Source: Deltaproteobacteria bacterium (lineage in GTDB: Bacteria; Myxococcota_A; Polyangia; Fen-1088). Taken from it: 64,000 bases of DNA. Location of the stretch: positions 256,001 through 320,000 of the forward strand of contig JANRKS010000034.1 in assembly GCA_033763315.1 (NCBI GenBank). The letters run 5' to 3'. Positions 55,559-64,000 of this stretch are shown here, in pieces. Below the pieces are notes generated by a model, which worked only from the letters and a program-made list of their open reading frames with translations, searched no databases and had not been told where the DNA came from. The position numbers and the translations under genes were made by a program. Every line of letters starts with the position of its first letter. The first letter of the stretch is position 1.

Positions 55559-56956
55559 TTATTCCGCCTTGTCTTCAGCTTTGACGCGGTTGCGGCCCGA
55601 GCACTTTGCTGTGTACATGGCGCGGTCCGCACGATCCATCAAAGCGTCAATCGATTCACCGGGTTGCCACATTGCCAGGCCAATGGAGGCTGTGACCGGA
55701 ATCGCTTGTGCGTGCCCGTCATTGACGGGCAACTTCTCAATTGCCAACCGGATGCGTTCAGCTGCCACCATGCCTCCCAAAAGATTTGTGCCCGACAACG
55801 CGATCACGAATTCCTCCCCGCCCCACCTCGCCACAAGATCAACCTTGCGTGCCTCGCAGGCCAAAAGCTTGCCAAGCGCCGCCAACACGGCGTCGCCGCT
55901 GGCGTGGCCACGCTTGTCGTTGATCGCCTTGAAATGATCGACATCCAGAAGAAGCAAGCTCATGGGAAAGCCTTGCCGGACGGCCCGCTCAAGCTCGATG
56001 ACCAATGACGCTTGAAAAGCTCGCCGGTTCATGAGTCCCGTCAACGGATCTCGCGTCGCCATCCGCTGCGCTTCTTCCACGAGGGTGGCCATCCGAATGG
56101 GCCCGCCCAGCTCCCGCGCAATGACGGCGAGAAGCTCTTGGTCCTGCTTCTGCAAAGGCTCTTTGGCCGCAATCACAAGCTTGCCGATGACTGTGTCTAG
56201 AAAATTCACGGGCCAGGTTTCGGGCGCTTGGCCATTTTCGGCGTCCAGTGCGTCTTCGTCCTCCACGAGAAACAAAGGCGCGTGCTCTGGCACCTGCAAT
56301 GCCGCGCGTGCTTCGGCTTCGCAACTGGATCGCTGGCCCGGGTGGGTGTGAAGTGCGAAGCGGTTGGGCACGTCCGTTTGCAAAGCCAGCCAGCGATAGT
56401 TGACCACCTGGCAGACGAACTGGGTGAATAGATCAAAGAGACGGTCAAACGCTCCACACAGAGAAAGCGCGCGAATGTCAGAGGCGATGACTGCCTCAAG
56501 TAGCGCCGCATCAAGGTATGAAGCGATCCGGTCTCGGATGTCCATCGTTTCGCTGGGCAGCTGGCAGAAGAACGCGTCCCCCTCTGGTGTGTCTTGTATG
56601 GCGCGGCAAAGCGCGCGCACCAAGTCTCCCATGCGGCCCTTCGCCACGAACGCGCTGGCGCCGGCGCGTTCGGCCCAAAAATGGTTTCTGTGTCCCTCCG
56701 GCCCCCTCAGCACAACAGGAACGGCGCGGGTGGCGGGCTCAGCTTTCAACAGCCTGCACAGCTGAAGCCCCGATATGCTTGGCATCCACAAGTCGGCGAT
56801 CACTGCAGCAGGTGGGTTGGATAGCGCCAGGTGCGCGCCTTCCGCCGGACCTGCGCAGGCCGTGACCACATAGCCTTGCATCTTCAGGCGCTCGGTCAGC
56901 ACCTCTCTGCTGCTTTCAATCGGGTCGATGAGAATGATGGCGCTGGAGGCTCGCAC
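55559..56956 (-). CDS. REC-GGDEF diguanylate cyclase
   Basis: REC domain (IADLWMP); DPLTGLMNRR, DVDHFK, RKVD I-site, GGEEF. Confidence 0.93.
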   Translation of the reverse strand: MRASSAIILIDPIESSREVLTERLKMQGYVVTACAGPAEGAHLALSNPPAAVIADLWMPSISGLQLCRLLKAEPATRAVPVVLRGPEGHRNHFWAERAGASAFVAKGRMGDLVRALCRAIQDTPEGDAFFCQLPSETMDIRDRIASYLDAALLEAVIASDIRALSLCGAFDRLFDLFTQFVCQVVNYRWLALQTDVPNRFALHTHPGQRSSCEAEARAALQVPEHAPLFLVEDEDALDAENGQAPETWPVNFLDTVIGKLVIAAKEPLQKQDQELLAVIARELGGPIRMATLVEEAQRMATRDPLTGLMNRRAFQASLVIELERAVRQGFPMSLLLLDVDHFKAINDKRGHASGDAVLAALGKLLACEARKVDLVARWGGEEFVIALSGTNLLGGMVAAERIRLAIEKLPVNDGHAQAIPVTASIGLAMWQPGESIDALMDRADRAMYTAKCSGRNRVKAEDKAE

Positions 56957-57194
56957 GGGTGCCTCTTACATCGGACGAGGCGGATCCCCACTGAAGCGTT
57001 TGAGGCCTGTCCTGACGCGCGATGGGTGTTAGGCGCGTCTCCGTGGACGTGCAATCCCTCGCCGAAGGCTGCTTAGGAGGGGCCTGCCTGCTGCCGAAAC
57101 TTCACGGATTTACGCCGAGGTGTCTTGGTGTTTTGTGGCCTGGGCCGCCGCAAGCTGCAACTTGGCAGCTCACGGCGCTGTGGCGCAGATGCCG

Positions 57195-60100
57195 CTACTG
57201 AACGGTGACGTTGTCGAACGTGGTGTTTGACGAACGCATCCCCACGCCGACCTTACCGGACGTGAACGTGGAATTGACGACGTTGTTGAACAACACCGTC
57301 GTGACGCCCCCGGTGAGCGCTGTGACTTTAAAGGCATTGCCCGCCAAGGCCGAAACTGTGACCTTCACCGTTTTGCCTGCGGTTGGATACGTACCCGCAT
57401 ACGTTGCGATGGTGGCATCCACACCTGCCACCCGCTTATTTAAGGTGACGGAGTTGGCGCCCGGTGTGTTCGCGTTGCTCATTTGCAAATAGAAGAAGTT
57501 GTTCGCGTCCACGATGTTGAACGCAATTCGTGAGGCGTTCCAGTCGCCACCGGCGCCTCCATTCAGCAAATCAACTTGATAGGTGTACGGAGGTACAAAT
57601 GATTTGCCGTTGTAGTAGGACAACTGAGTGGTTGACCACGAGCTGAACACGAGTGCTTTGGACGCAGCGGAGCAGTTCGTGCTCAAGATCCACCCCGGTG
57701 CCGTGCCAGCGGTAAACGCTTCGCTGTAAGCGTTGGGGTTAGAGACAGCGCCGTAGTTTGCCGTAAACGTTGTGGCGGTCGCAGGGGCCGCGATGGTATG
57801 CAAGGCCGCGCCACCGTCGGACCAATTCGAAAATTGGTACGAACCTCCTGGCAGCGTTGCCGTAGCGGGCGCTTCAAGATCCCACTTGATGCCAACCACG
57901 CTTGCAAAGGCATAGGGCGTGGTGACGGACACGCCATCTAGCTTCAGCGGCAAGCCGCTCGGCGACGACGCCAGCGTCAAGTTCACAAGGTTGGGCGAAA
58001 CCTCGGTCACGGCTTCGGCGGAAGCGCCTTGCGAGTCTGTTACGCGAAGATGAATTAACAACGAAACATCCGTGGATTTCTCGTCGGTTTGCGAGGGCAC
58101 GATTGAACCGCTGGTGATGCCGGAGGTTTGCGGCAACGCGCTGTGTGTGTGCGTGTTGTGCCGAAACTCGATCCACCAAGTGAATGCCGATGCGGGGAGG
58201 GTGCCATCTTCTGGATCCGTTCCCGTACCCGAGAATGAAAGTGTTTGCCCAGCGTTGTATTTGGCCCCCGCCGCCGGCGTCACGATCTTGGGAACAGGCA
58301 CGCCGTTGGCGGTCACCGTTAAGGTGGCCACGGCCGTTGAGGCGGTTCCCGCGCTGTTGCTTGCCACCGCTTGGAATTGGGCACCGTTGTCGCCGATCAC
58401 CAACGCTGGCGTCGTGTAACAAGCCGATGTGGCGCCGCTGATGTTTATCCCGCCGCGCTTCCACTGATAGGTGGGCGTGGGGCTGCCCGTGGCGCTTGTG
58501 CAGAATGTGGCGGTTTGTCCAACCGATTTCGTAACGCTTGCGGGTTGTTGCGTGATGGCAGGCGCGGTGCTGCCAGCGTTGTAAGTCACGCGGTAAAGCC
58601 CCGAGGTTGAGGGCGTGTAGCTATCGCCCCGCGACAGATAGTAGAGGCTGCCGTCGGGCGCCACGTCGATGTCCACGGGATGCAAAGCGAGATTCGTCGG
58701 CGAAAAGATAACAGGTGCCGCGGTCAAGTTTGCAGGATCCAAATATTTGATCCAACCGTTGACGTGGTCGGTGAAAAAGTATTTGCCGACGTACGTTGCT
58801 GGAAACTGATTCGTCGCGGGTTGATAGAACGTGGCCCCAACCACTGATTTGCCAAAGGCGTCGCCGTCACCATGAGCGTACGTGTAAGCGGGCCCCAAAT
58901 AATCAGTGGGAATGACGGCGCCTGTGTTTCCTTCGCGATCCGGCCAGCCATAGTTGGCCTTCTTTGCAAGCACGTTGATCTCTTCCCACGTGTCTTGACC
59001 GTTGTCGTTGATGTACAACGTGCTGGTGCCAGGCTGCATGGCGCCCGTGAACGGGTTGCGCAAACCACGCGCCCAGATCGCGCGGTATTTTCCTGTGGCT
59101 GTTGTGTAAAACGGATTGTCGGTGGGAATGGTGCCATCGGCATTGATGCGCAGCACCTTGCCGAACGTGCTGGTCAACGCTTGTGAATACTCCCAGTGAT
59201 CGTTCGGCGATCCCGTTTGGATATACAGCTTGCCATCGGCGCCAAAATTGATGCCGCCACCCATGTGCGTGGTGGAGCCCGTGCGGTCATCCAATTGGAA
59301 CACCAAAATTTCGCTGCCGGCCATGGCCACATCGCCATTGGCGGTCAAGCGGCTGATTCGTGTGTGGCCAGGCGTTCCAGCCACCGCATAGAACACGTAA
59401 ACGTAATTGTTGGTGGCAAAGTTTGGGTCAAAAGCCAAGCCCAGCAAACCGTAATCCTGTGTGGAGAACACATTCGACAAAGCCACGAACGGCGTGGGCA
59501 TTACCGCCCCGTTCTTGAACACACGAATGGTTCCCCCTTGTTCCAAAACAAACACACGGCCGTCAGGTGCGATCGCCATTTGTGTGGGGCGATCAAAATT
59601 GGTTGCCACACGCGACGTCGCAAACGAACCCGTTGAAGCCGCCTGCAGGGTCAAACGCGCCCACGTTGATGTATCGGTCCAGTTGTTCGCCGTGCCAAAG
59701 GCCTGCACTTGGCCATCGCGGGGGCCGCCGCTGTCGTCATCGTTGATCCCAACGTCGAAGCCCACCTGCGTTCCGGCCGCTCCCGCGATGCCAAGGTTGG
59801 TCCATGGCACCGCGTACCTCACAGTCAAGGTGTTGCCCGAAACCGTTGCGGTCTGCAACACGCCACTACTTAGACCGTGCTGCTCAAACAGAGCGCGGCC
59901 TGATGTAACGACGAACTGACGATCAAACGAATCGTACGCTACACCACGGTTGTTGTTGGCGTCGATGTAAAGCTCAACCGAATCGTCGTCCCACAGGTTG
60001 GTGGAATCGATTGAAATGGCCGTCGTGTCTGCAAACACGGTTTCGACGCCCAGATAACCCGCGTCCCACCACACACGGAACGTGGCGGTGCCCGTAAATG

Positions 60101-60311
60101 TTCCGGAGGCAAGCTTGGATACTGCCGTTGCCGTGGTGGCGGCAGGCGCCGCTTGAATCACGCCTGCAGACACAACCGCGCCAAAGGGGGCGACGATGTC
60201 CGTGGTTACCGGCTGCTGGATGCGTTCGGGCGCGGGGTTGGTGGTGGGCTGACATGAGGCCACACAAAAGGCCCCAAGGAGCAATGCAGTTGACGTCCTT
60301 GGTTTGAGCAT
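57195..60311 (-). CDS. Multidomain lipoprotein: CBM9-like, PQQ-dependent glucose/sorbosone dehydrogenase, Ig, PKD-like and C-terminal jelly roll
   Basis: DDDSVELYID...GFDVGINDDD (CBM9); GLLGLAFDPNF, HMGG, GKVLRIN, GLRNP, WEEIN, NYGWP (GSDH); ITQQP...YQW (Ig); TDPEDG. Confidence 0.88.
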   Translation of the reverse strand: MLKPRTSTALLLGAFCVASCQPTTNPAPERIQQPVTTDIVAPFGAVVSAGVIQAAPAATTATAVSKLASGTFTGTATFRVWWDAGYLGVETVFADTTAISIDSTNLWDDDSVELYIDANNNRGVAYDSFDRQFVVTSGRALFEQHGLSSGVLQTATVSGNTLTVRYAVPWTNLGIAGAAGTQVGFDVGINDDDSGGPRDGQVQAFGTANNWTDTSTWARLTLQAASTGSFATSRVATNFDRPTQMAIAPDGRVFVLEQGGTIRVFKNGAVMPTPFVALSNVFSTQDYGLLGLAFDPNFATNNYVYVFYAVAGTPGHTRISRLTANGDVAMAGSEILVFQLDDRTGSTTHMGGGINFGADGKLYIQTGSPNDHWEYSQALTSTFGKVLRINADGTIPTDNPFYTTATGKYRAIWARGLRNPFTGAMQPGTSTLYINDNGQDTWEEINVLAKKANYGWPDREGNTGAVIPTDYLGPAYTYAHGDGDAFGKSVVGATFYQPATNQFPATYVGKYFFTDHVNGWIKYLDPANLTAAPVIFSPTNLALHPVDIDVAPDGSLYYLSRGDSYTPSTSGLYRVTYNAGSTAPAITQQPASVTKSVGQTATFCTSATGSPTPTYQWKRGGINISGATSACYTTPALVIGDNGAQFQAVASNSAGTASTAVATLTVTANGVPVPKIVTPAAGAKYNAGQTLSFSGTGTDPEDGTLPASAFTWWIEFRHNTHTHSALPQTSGITSGSIVPSQTDEKSTDVSLLIHLRVTDSQGASAEAVTEVSPNLVNLTLASSPSGLPLKLDGVSVTTPYAFASVVGIKWDLEAPATATLPGGSYQFSNWSDGGAALHTIAAPATATTFTANYGAVSNPNAYSEAFTAGTAPGWILSTNCSAASKALVFSSWSTTQLSYYNGKSFVPPYTYQVDLLNGGAGGDWNASRIAFNIVDANNFFYLQMSNANTPGANSVTLNKRVAGVDATIATYAGTYPTAGKTVKVTVSALAGNAFKVTALTGGVTTVLFNNVVNSTFTSGKVGVGMRSSNTTFDNVTVQ

Positions 60312-60433
60312 TTCTACCTGCCGCTTTTGACATGCAGGCGCCTAATGCGCCATGGCACTGTTCGCTTGTTGTGCTTGGTTAAGGCTCGCGGAATCATCGA
60401 GCTGCCTCGCCGCGCTGGCGCGTAACGCCCTTT

Positions 60434-63337
60434 GTGGCACAGTGGTTTCACCGCATGCGTGTCTTCGAGCGAGGATTGTGGTTCTGCCTTTTGCTTTGCC
60501 TCGCGCCGCGTGTTGCGCGCGGGGCGACCGCGCCACCCATGCTTGGGCCTGTCCGCGTGGACGCGCGCCAAGTGGGTGTGCGCCAGTTGGCGATCGATGC
60601 CGTCGGAAGTCTATGGGTCATCTCAGAGTCGGGTCTATGCCGTTTCGACGGCGCCGAATGGGAGTGCCCCCGCTCGTCTTGTAAGTCTTTGGTTCACGGC
60701 GATGGCCAAACGTGGGCCGCGTGTGAGCCTGGGGTCGTGTTGCAGCTTGAGGGGGAAAACATGCGGCCGCACGCGCTGCCTTCAGCGATCAAAGACGCAA
60801 ATCTTTTGGCTGTGGGTGCGGGCGAATTGTGGTTCACCGCACCTTCGGCAACGCTTTCGTGGAAGGCTCGTGAAAACCAACCGCAGCAACGGCTCAGCAC
60901 CCGAGCCACCTCGATCGCCTTTGTGGGGCCAACCGCATGGATCGCGACGAACAACGGCATTTATCAGCACACCCATCTTGGGGCCACGCTTTACAGTCCA
61001 GTTGTTGCGCACAAGCTGGCTGTTTCGCAAGGTGGGCGTGTTCTTGCGGCGGTGAAGCAGGGCACCTATGACGACATACTTGATCTCTCCAAGGCGCACG
61101 ACGGTTCATCACCATTGGCGCCGCAAATAGCCCCTATCACATCAATGTTTGTGGACGATGCGCGTGCCCTTTTGTGGGCGACGGGCGGCGGCGTTCAGGC
61201 CTTCTCTTTGAGTGACGGCGGTGCACCCTTGCTTTCTATGTCAATGCAAACGGGGTTGCCGTATCCCCTTATAGACTCACAGGTGCATGACCCGAGCGGG
61301 GCTTGGTTTGGCACGCAGCAGGGGCTGGCACAGATGCGAATCGACACGCCCATTTTCAATTTTGGTCAACCCGAAGGTATGAGCAATTACGCGGGATTCG
61401 CACTAACAACTGACGCCCAGGGCGCTTTGTGGATCGCTCAGGGCAAGGGCCTCACAAGGTACCTTCCAAGCTCGCTTGAAAATTTCGATGCTTCACCCAG
61501 CCTGGTTCACATCGATCTTCGTTCCATCGCCGTAGGCGCGGATGGCGCCATATGGTCGGCAGGCATGATCAATCCTTTGGTCAAACTCGACACGAAAAGC
61601 CGTCGTTTCGTGCGGATGCCCTTGGCGGGACAGCCAGAGCCATTGCAGATTCAAACGCTGCGCATTGGCCCCAGCGGCACTTTATGGATGGGGCTCGTCA
61701 ATGGCGGCTTGGGAAGAAAAGCGGGAGACAAGTTTGTTTCCGTATTCCCAGGTGGCGATGGTGAGAACCGCGTTCACGACGTTGTTGAGGGGACCAGCGG
61801 CACCGTTTGGTTGGCGCGTGGGGATGGCACCGTGGTTGGGCTTGATGGTGAACGGCAAAACACATACGCCGTGGCCCCCGGCGTCAACATCTTGTGCTTA
61901 CATGAAGACGCGTCGCGAACGTTGTGGGCGGGCACGGGAGGAGCTGGTCTTTACAGAATAAAGAATGGGCAAGTGGCTCGCCTCACGAAGTCGCAGGGCC
62001 TTTGGGATGATCGGGTTCACGCAATCACCGACGATGGCAAGGGCTGGCTGTGGATGTCGACCGTCACGGGCCTATCGCGCGTGGCTCAATCGCAGGCCGA
62101 GGCAGTGATGGACGGTTGGGCGTCCCGTGTGGACTCGATCGCTTACGAAGTCGAAGACGGTCTGCGCACAAACGAAGCCTCACGCGGCTTCTCGCCGTCC
62201 TCAGCCAAGGATCGCCAGGGGCGCATTTGGTTTTCGATGGTCACAGGGGCGGTCTCTGTGGATCCCCAAGCGCTGGAGCAGGCCTCTCCACCGAGCGCCG
62301 TACGCATCGACGCTTTTTACGTTGATGGCGTTTTACAAAGAGACGCGCAGCGGTTGATTCCAGTGGGGCGCGGCGCAATTTCGTTTTCATTGGCGGCCAC
62401 GGAGTTGTGGACTCGCTCGCGCACCCGCTACCGCGTTTTTTTGGCCGGAAGCAAAGAAGGTTGGCGCGAGCTTGGCAAAGAACGTCACGCCGAATACGCG
62501 AACCTTCGCCCCGGCAAATACCATTTCATTGCACGCGCCTTTTCAATTGATCGACCCGATGCTTTCGTTCAAGTGGAGAGGCGCTTCGAGTTGCTACCTG
62601 CGTTTTACCAGCGCGCTTGGTTTCTGGCTGTCTTGGGCCTCTCGTGTGCAGCGGCAGCCACGATTTGGTGGCGTAGCAAACAGCGTCGCGCCGCGAGACT
62701 GCAATCCGTCCTGATGGCCGATCGAACGCGCATTGCCCAAGACATTCACGATTCGTTGGAACAAGATCTTTCGGGGATCAAGATGCAAGTGAGCGCGGCC
62801 AGCCTTTGGATGGCCAAAGACCCTGAACGAGCCTTGCGGCACTTGGACAACGCCGAGAAGTTGGTGATTGATGGCATGGTCGACATGCGAAGCGCCATTT
62901 GGGGCTTGCGGGCCGGTTGGGTCGACACGAACGACATGTGCACGGCGCTGCAACAACGCTTGGGGCGAATCGCCGCGGCTGCGGACATTCAACTTTCATT
63001 CGAAACGAAAGGCGCCGCACAGCCGGTGGCATCCCTGGTGGCAACGCAATTGTTCTACATTGCGCGCGAAGCTGTCACGAATGCGATCAAACACGCCCAC
63101 GCCAGGCAAGTGACCGTGACGATTGATTTAACGCAAATTCAGGTCATCACCCTACTGGTTGAAGACGATGGTGTTGGATTCGCCGAGGGTGCGCACACCG
63201 GCGTGCGCCAAGGTGGCCTGGGCGGAGGGTTCGGCCTTGAAAGCATGAGAGCACGCGCGCAATTGGCCGGCGGCACGCTGGAATTAAGCACAAAGGGCAT
63301 GGGGACGAGCCTCAAGGTTGTGCTGCCGCGTAGGTAG
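60434..63337 (+). CDS. Beta-propeller/Y_Y_Y sensor histidine kinase (HisKA_3)
   Basis: Repeated D--G-LW, YANLRPGKY-F, TM helix, RIAQDIHDSLEQ, EAVTNAIKH, DDGVG, GFGL--MRARA. Confidence 0.93.
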   Translation: MAQWFHRMRVFERGLWFCLLLCLAPRVARGATAPPMLGPVRVDARQVGVRQLAIDAVGSLWVISESGLCRFDGAEWECPRSSCKSLVHGDGQTWAACEPGVVLQLEGENMRPHALPSAIKDANLLAVGAGELWFTAPSATLSWKARENQPQQRLSTRATSIAFVGPTAWIATNNGIYQHTHLGATLYSPVVAHKLAVSQGGRVLAAVKQGTYDDILDLSKAHDGSSPLAPQIAPITSMFVDDARALLWATGGGVQAFSLSDGGAPLLSMSMQTGLPYPLIDSQVHDPSGAWFGTQQGLAQMRIDTPIFNFGQPEGMSNYAGFALTTDAQGALWIAQGKGLTRYLPSSLENFDASPSLVHIDLRSIAVGADGAIWSAGMINPLVKLDTKSRRFVRMPLAGQPEPLQIQTLRIGPSGTLWMGLVNGGLGRKAGDKFVSVFPGGDGENRVHDVVEGTSGTVWLARGDGTVVGLDGERQNTYAVAPGVNILCLHEDASRTLWAGTGGAGLYRIKNGQVARLTKSQGLWDDRVHAITDDGKGWLWMSTVTGLSRVAQSQAEAVMDGWASRVDSIAYEVEDGLRTNEASRGFSPSSAKDRQGRIWFSMVTGAVSVDPQALEQASPPSAVRIDAFYVDGVLQRDAQRLIPVGRGAISFSLAATELWTRSRTRYRVFLAGSKEGWRELGKERHAEYANLRPGKYHFIARAFSIDRPDAFVQVERRFELLPAFYQRAWFLAVLGLSCAAAATIWWRSKQRRAARLQSVLMADRTRIAQDIHDSLEQDLSGIKMQVSAASLWMAKDPERALRHLDNAEKLVIDGMVDMRSAIWGLRAGWVDTNDMCTALQQRLGRIAAAADIQLSFETKGAAQPVASLVATQLFYIAREAVTNAIKHAHARQVTVTIDLTQIQVITLLVEDDGVGFAEGAHTGVRQGGLGGGFGLESMRARAQLAGGTLELSTKGMGTSLKVVLPRR

Positions 63338-63375
63338 TCCGCTTCTCTTGGTGCCGGATGCCAGCTCCAGATGCG

Positions 63376-64000
63376 CTAACGCTCGTTCTTAGCGGGCACC
63401 ACGACCACCATCATCGGTTGATTCATGATGGTGGCCAGCGATTTCAAAGTGGCTTGGCCCGTTGTGGCATCAAGCGCAAAAGACATCAGATTGTTCGTGG
63501 GTTGCTTTTGGTTGGCCACAACCAACAACGTACCATCGGGGCTGATGTTGAAACCGCGCGGCTCATTGCCCACTTTGACGAAGTTGCCAGGCGCCAACGT
63601 GCCGTCAGCCTTGATCGCAAACCAACCCAGATACCCTTGCGTGGGCGTGGTGTTGGCGCCGTTGACGGTATCTAGACGGCTGGTTGTGTATAGAAATTTT
63701 CCGTTAGGGTGGACGAAGCCCTCCGCCGCGCGGCCTTTGAGCGTGTTGCCCGCCAACATCGTCTTCGCATCGGCGGGCACGGTGGCCATCAAGTTGGCGG
63801 CGCCGGTGTCCATCAGCGTGCCATCGTTCCTGTTAACCTTCAAGACGGCAACAGAATTCGCGTTTTCCTGCACGAGATAAGCGAACGTCCCGTCTTTTGA
63901 GAACGCCATGTGGCGTGGGCCCGTGTTGGGTAGTTTCAGAGGGTCAGCGCTTTTCGTCAGCTTGCCTGTGCCAGCGTCGAACGAGAATTGATACACGTCG
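63376..64000 (-). CDS. Lactonase (6-phosphogluconolactonase/Pgl-like 7-bladed propeller), C-terminal part
   Basis: GPRHMAF, HPNGKFLY--SR, EPRGFNISPDG-LLVVANQ; N-terminus lies beyond the window. Confidence 0.9.
   Translation of the reverse strand, partial: DVYQFSFDAGTGKLTKSADPLKLPNTGPRHMAFSKDGTFAYLVQENANSVAVLKVNRNDGTLMDTGAANLMATVPADAKTMLAGNTLKGRAAEGFVHPNGKFLYTTSRLDTVNGANTTPTQGYLGWFAIKADGTLAPGNFVKVGNEPRGFNISPDGTLLVVANQKQPTNNLMSFALDATTGQATLKSLATIMNQPMMVVVVPAKNER

Noticed and set aside
1-64000. Defence systems, prophage, transposases, rRNA/tRNA
   Set aside because: No diagnostic motifs recognised in any ORF or intergenic region.

Overview
GC-rich bacterial DNA with Myxococcota (Polyangia-like) hallmarks: a MYXO-CTERM tail, Gly-rich lipoproteins, Hanks-type Ser/Thr kinases with a TPR-PEGA partner, and ECF sigma-FecR/TPR modules. 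The window is a carbohydrate-foraging and signalling island. It holds four DUF1592-type/DUF1552 gene pairs, two ECF-FecR-beta-barrel triads, an alpha-glucan locus without SusC/D (GH49-like, six-hairpin GH, GH15, porin-like), a GH78-TIM-barrel fusion, a non-phosphorylative sugar-acid cluster, a DUF4185-TetR operon, two paralogous beta-propeller sensor kinases and several decayed gene fragments. Three recurring DNA motifs were read directly from upstream regions and appear to wire these modules together: a CGTAC-N4-GTACG operator (3 copies), an ECF promoter GCGAGYYG-N15-NCCACT (3 copies) and DosR/NarL-like boxes followed by ATG (4 copies, plus 2 related). No rRNA, tRNA, CRISPR array or transposase was recognised. 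All family assignments come from motif recognition by eye, not from database searches.
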